A stretch of DNA of 64,000 nucleotides from Lepidodermella squamata (lineage: Eukaryota; Animalia; Gastrotricha). Numbering within the stretch: the stretch's first letter is position 1; each line of letters begins with the position of its first letter. The notes under the pieces are model-generated. The model did not search any database and had not been told where the DNA came from. It worked only from the letters and a program-made list of their open reading frames with translations. This document shows positions 60,359-64,000 of this stretch, in pieces. The DNA lies in contig JBLDXI010000019.1 in the NCBI GenBank assembly GCA_047495785.1, positions 2,666,001-2,730,000 on the forward strand. Reading direction: 5' to 3'. Position numbers and translations under genes: made by a program.

Positions 60359-62767
60359 ATGAAAACTGCTACATTTTTTGCATGGCTAAGCCTAACAACT
60401 TTCAGCGCTTTTTCAACAAGGTCTAAATCGCTGGATATTATCGCCGTTCTGAATGGGAAAGCTTGCAACACTGCCGTACAGGTCGCCGTGGATGCCGTCA
60501 ATTCAAGCCCTTCCATCTTGCCTGACTTCAACATATCCGTCACCGAAATTCTCCAAAACTACTCCGTCAACGTAAAATTTGGGGAAGAAGGCTATCAAGC
60601 CATTCTTGCGCCAAAACAAGTGGTCGAGTACGTAGAGAATTTTTCAGCTTCACGGAATCGAATTCTAGCGCCAATCGTCATTGGAACATGGTTTGCTTGC
60701 ATCACCTCGGCTCGAGTCATTCGAGCCTACAACATGGTCCAGTTCTCCCCAGGATGTAATAGCGTTCCCTTCACAGCGAACCGCAAAGACCTGCCTAACA
60801 TGTGGCGCTACCGAAATTCCGTCGACCTGATGGGCCTCGGAATAGCCTATGCCGTTAAGGCTATTGGCAACTGGAAGCAAATGGCTATTGTCTACAACCA
60901 AGCTAATCAAGCCAATTTCCAGTTCGCTTTAGGCCTGCAAAAGCTGGTCAACTCGATTGGAATCGACGTAGTTTGGTTCAACAGCGTGACAGATGTTGAC
61001 GCTGCAATTATTGAATCGCTGAAAGCTAGCCGCGCTCGAATAATCGCACATGGCTTTAGCGATCCTTTATTCTTCAGACTTCTCTGCATCGCCTACATGA
61101 ACGGCGTGAAAGCGCCCCACTACGCTTTTGTTTTCATAGCTCCCGCGGTTTTCGATCCCAATCTAGTGGATGAATCGACCCTACCGGATGGCTGCACGAG
61201 AAAAATGTTGAGGGAACAATCTGTTATTTCGTTGTTCGCTGGAACATTTACATTCAGCCTACAAAACTACGGACCGACAAATTTCGGCTATGACCTCGCG
61301 AAATTCGAGGAACGATACGAAAATCTCACGAGAGGAGTCAAGTATGCGGATCACAACACTCGCCACCCTTGTTTCGACGCCGCCCAAGCCGCTTTACTCA
61401 CCCTGCATAGATCAAATGCAATTTTGAAGGCGAAAGGTAATCTAACACTTGAAGATTTCGCAACAGAGCCGGAAGTTATCATGCGAACTATCAACTCTAC
61501 AGTTTCGACGCTTGATATGACCGGATTAATGGGGCATTACCGGTATTCTGAACGTTTGGAATTCGACTATTTGCCAATCCATGTGGCTCAAGTCGACCCA
61601 CGTGATAATTCACTAAGAATTTTGGTTGAACTTAAGTTTGCTGGAGATAGCATTGCTGATTTGTACAATTTATCGCATTACCGAGCGAAGAACATTGCCC
61701 CGCCAATCTGGTGGACACGGAACAATAAGCCAGTAAACGATTTGTCGACTATAATCAGAATGGACTCAACAATTCCGATTAGATTCACTGCAGCTCTTAT
61801 CGCTTGCTCTGCAACTCTGAGTATAATCGAGGTAGTATTGTTTTCGCTCAAATTCCACGCGGGAGATGATACTTCATCAATTTTCGACCGACGGTCCTCA
61901 TCTATATTTCTAATCGGCTGTTTGCTGCTTAACTTGACCGCTGTATTTCAAGCGATTGATATTGATTCGTTGCAGGCTGTATGCTTCTTACGGCCAGCTA
62001 TCAATATTGCTGGAGCTTCTATGTGCATTTTCTACCTTTCTACTGCGAATCTTATCATCAAAAGAACAGCTGAGCTGAATTTAATCGAAGCTCGCCGGAG
62101 CTCTGCTGTATCTCAGCTAAGTTCTCGGGCTTCTAGCTCGACAGTTGTATGCCCGCAGCAGGATACAAGACGAAGTTCAATTATTATCCCAGGTCAATCT
62201 AGAATTTCGATTCCGAGTAAATTCTCTTCGTCCAACTTGTTGGTCCCTGGGTCCCAGGAAGAAAATTGCTGTTCTCTCACAAAATCGGCGGTGAAGGAGT
62301 TTTATTGTCTAATACCTGTTTCAGTTGTCATTTTCGTAGTGGTCGCATGGCTATGTACATCTTCGTATGCTATCAACACCAGATCTACCGGCGTGAATTT
62401 CGATGAGTCAGAAGACTACTATTTTGAGGTCACCTGGAAAATCTGTGCCCCAGGACCAATTAATGCTTACTGGCTCGCGGCAATCAGCTCAATCCTTGCT
62501 GTAAGCTGTTTAGTGAGCCTCGTCTTTGTTTATCAAACATGGCGTCGAAGATTCCCCCAGGCAGCTATTCAAAGGGAAGTAAGACTAGTGCAACTGAGCT
62601 CCATCAACTCTGCAATGATGTTTGCTCTCGGAGCGGTTTGTGTGACAATTTTGGACGCAAGCCGAGAATCATTGGTCAACAATACTCTGCTGCACAACGG
62701 GGTCGAGGCGAGTTTTCTTTTACTGCAGTCCTTTTCATCAGCAATTATTAGATTTTTTAAAAAGTAG
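60359..62767 (+). CDS. Intronless GABA-B-like class C GPCR (Venus flytrap domain + 7TM), 802 aa
   Basis: Signal peptide; AVDAVNSSPSILPDFNI, RKDLPNMWR, NWKQMAIV, LKASRARII, LLCIAYMNG..APHYAFVF VFT motifs; PPIWW..NKP.ND linker with no Cys-rich domain; about seven hydrophobic helices with TM3 and ECL2 Cys. Confidence 0.82.
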   Translation: MKTATFFAWLSLTTFSAFSTRSKSLDIIAVLNGKACNTAVQVAVDAVNSSPSILPDFNISVTEILQNYSVNVKFGEEGYQAILAPKQVVEYVENFSASRNRILAPIVIGTWFACITSARVIRAYNMVQFSPGCNSVPFTANRKDLPNMWRYRNSVDLMGLGIAYAVKAIGNWKQMAIVYNQANQANFQFALGLQKLVNSIGIDVVWFNSVTDVDAAIIESLKASRARIIAHGFSDPLFFRLLCIAYMNGVKAPHYAFVFIAPAVFDPNLVDESTLPDGCTRKMLREQSVISLFAGTFTFSLQNYGPTNFGYDLAKFEERYENLTRGVKYADHNTRHPCFDAAQAALLTLHRSNAILKAKGNLTLEDFATEPEVIMRTINSTVSTLDMTGLMGHYRYSERLEFDYLPIHVAQVDPRDNSLRILVELKFAGDSIADLYNLSHYRAKNIAPPIWWTRNNKPVNDLSTIIRMDSTIPIRFTAALIACSATLSIIEVVLFSLKFHAGDDTSSIFDRRSSSIFLIGCLLLNLTAVFQAIDIDSLQAVCFLRPAINIAGASMCIFYLSTANLIIKRTAELNLIEARRSSAVSQLSSRASSSTVVCPQQDTRRSSIIIPGQSRISIPSKFSSSNLLVPGSQEENCCSLTKSAVKEFYCLIPVSVVIFVVVAWLCTSSYAINTRSTGVNFDESEDYYFEVTWKICAPGPINAYWLAAISSILAVSCLVSLVFVYQTWRRRFPQAAIQREVRLVQLSSINSAMMFALGAVCVTILDASRESLVNNTLLHNGVEASFLLLQSFSSAIIRFFKK

Positions 62768-62853
62768 AGGATATCGTCAACACCGCCGAAAATGTCGCAT
62801 TTTTAATGCTACTAATTGGTCGTAATAATAAAATCTTGTTATGCCAAAGTAGC

Positions 62854-64000
62854 CTATTCAGAGGTAAGCATCAGGTTGAAGTAAACCACATCGGAAACAA
62901 TCAACACAGATGCTAGTAAAGCTGCAGCGATTATGTCTCCGATTCGAATAACACTGAATTTGTGGCCTTTGAACTTGTACGATGCTGTATGTTTCGAGAA
63001 AGGCAGGACAGCTAGAGTGTAGACAGTCAACAAGACACCTGCTACGTATTTGATGACGACCATCATGACGAGATAGACCGTCTCTGAAGTTCGCGGTATG
63101 TTCGAAAATATCAGCGTCAATAGGAATGAGTTTGCGATTACTGTTGACATTGCAAATGTGGCTCTAAAAAGTTAAAATCAAATTACGAAATTAGCTTTCA
63201 GGGCTGAAACAATGGGCATCAAATATTCAGAACGCCAGACAAATTTCAAAGGGCTAGCGATTTTTCATTTTTTCCGCAATTTAAATCTACGCTGGCCCCA
63301 GAATGGCGTAACTATCTTCCTCAATTGTATCATCAACTCTTGAAGGCACACTGCCATTATATACCTGTCTGAACGTCTTGGCGGCATGAGGAGACTCGAG
63401 AATTGCAGGATCGATGTTCCATAGCTAGGGACCATGACACTGGCGACAAAGTAATTGTACTTCCTCTTAAAGCGTATTCGTAAGTATATGTAGGCATAAC
63501 TATTTGTTGACTCGTTAACATTTATGACTTCGTGATCAAAGGCAGACTGGTTGGAGGTCCGTTTGTTTCTATCGACATCCTGGTCCTCGACTTTCCCATC
63601 CAACTCCCAGATGTCTGTTTGACCCAGGAATGTGTTTCGTACGGACTGATCTATGTTGAAGTCGAGAATGTTGAACTGCAAATATATGGCCTCATCCTCA
63701 GTCGACAAGACAATGGTACACGAGAGTTTATCAAAAGGGAAGAATTTGAACGCAAATGAATCGCAAACAGTGTCGATTCGCCTGAAAAGTCCAAGAAATG
63801 CTGACGGTCCGGTGGAACCCAAACCAAACGGGTAGATGTACACATTATCACCGCTTTCGTATGATTCAAGTGGCCTTGGATTACGATATGCATTGTAATG
63901 TGTCACGTAAGGCTGCCAGATAGTTTGAGCGTTCATTTGAAAATGAACAAAAGGCTGCTCATCAACACTCAAGTCGCACATTTTGTTGTCTTCAACGTTC
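62854..64000 (-). CDS. Divergent pLGIC subunit L9, 5'-partial; exons >64000-63365, 63163-62854
   Basis: WQPY, Cys-loop CDSFAFKFFPFDKLSC, SDR|ATFAMSTVIANSF; same M2 intron as paralogs. Confidence 0.9.

Noticed and set aside
29846-63835. Many 60-130 aa ORFs antisense to or overlapping pLGIC, transposase, DNAJC22 and GPCR exons
   Set aside because: Shadow ORFs with no motifs, often non-ATG starts.
27419-64000. Assigning nAChR/GABA/CR gene symbols, a bacterial (horizontal) origin, or a species name
   Set aside because: Too divergent for orthology without phylogeny; Cys-loop disulfide and spliceosomal introns argue for native animal genes; no diagnostic taxon marker.

Overview
Eukaryotic (invertebrate animal-type) genomic DNA with many short (47-76 nt) GT-AG introns; I cannot name the species. 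All gene models were hand-spliced from the sequence. The left part (1-27 kb) is AT-rich and littered with DNA-transposon derivatives. It holds the 3' part of a cathepsin L, three paralogous micro-exon genes for small secreted Gly/Arg/His/Trp-rich peptides, a secreted galaxin-like CC-motif protein, and a five-member tandem family of unrecognised secreted proteins (CPxxFTxxMCNQP...FYxWLRELR; the fifth copy is at 29 kb). The right part (27-64 kb) is a cluster of nine highly divergent pentameric ligand-gated ion channel (pLGIC, Cys-loop) subunit genes, L1-L9. All have a C-x14-C loop and lack the loop-B Trp and loop-C vicinal Cys, so they look like an orphan, possibly chemosensory, receptor array. 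Interleaved with them are a DNAJC22/wurst-like gene whose HPD is NPD, a nested WAP gene, an intact Mutator transposon with a perfect 9-bp TSD, an atypical K2P channel and an intronless GABA-B-like class C GPCR. The most striking detail is that L3 and L2 are in one reading frame separated only by TAG-GAA, and L2 has no signal peptide, suggesting a natural concatenated channel subunit.
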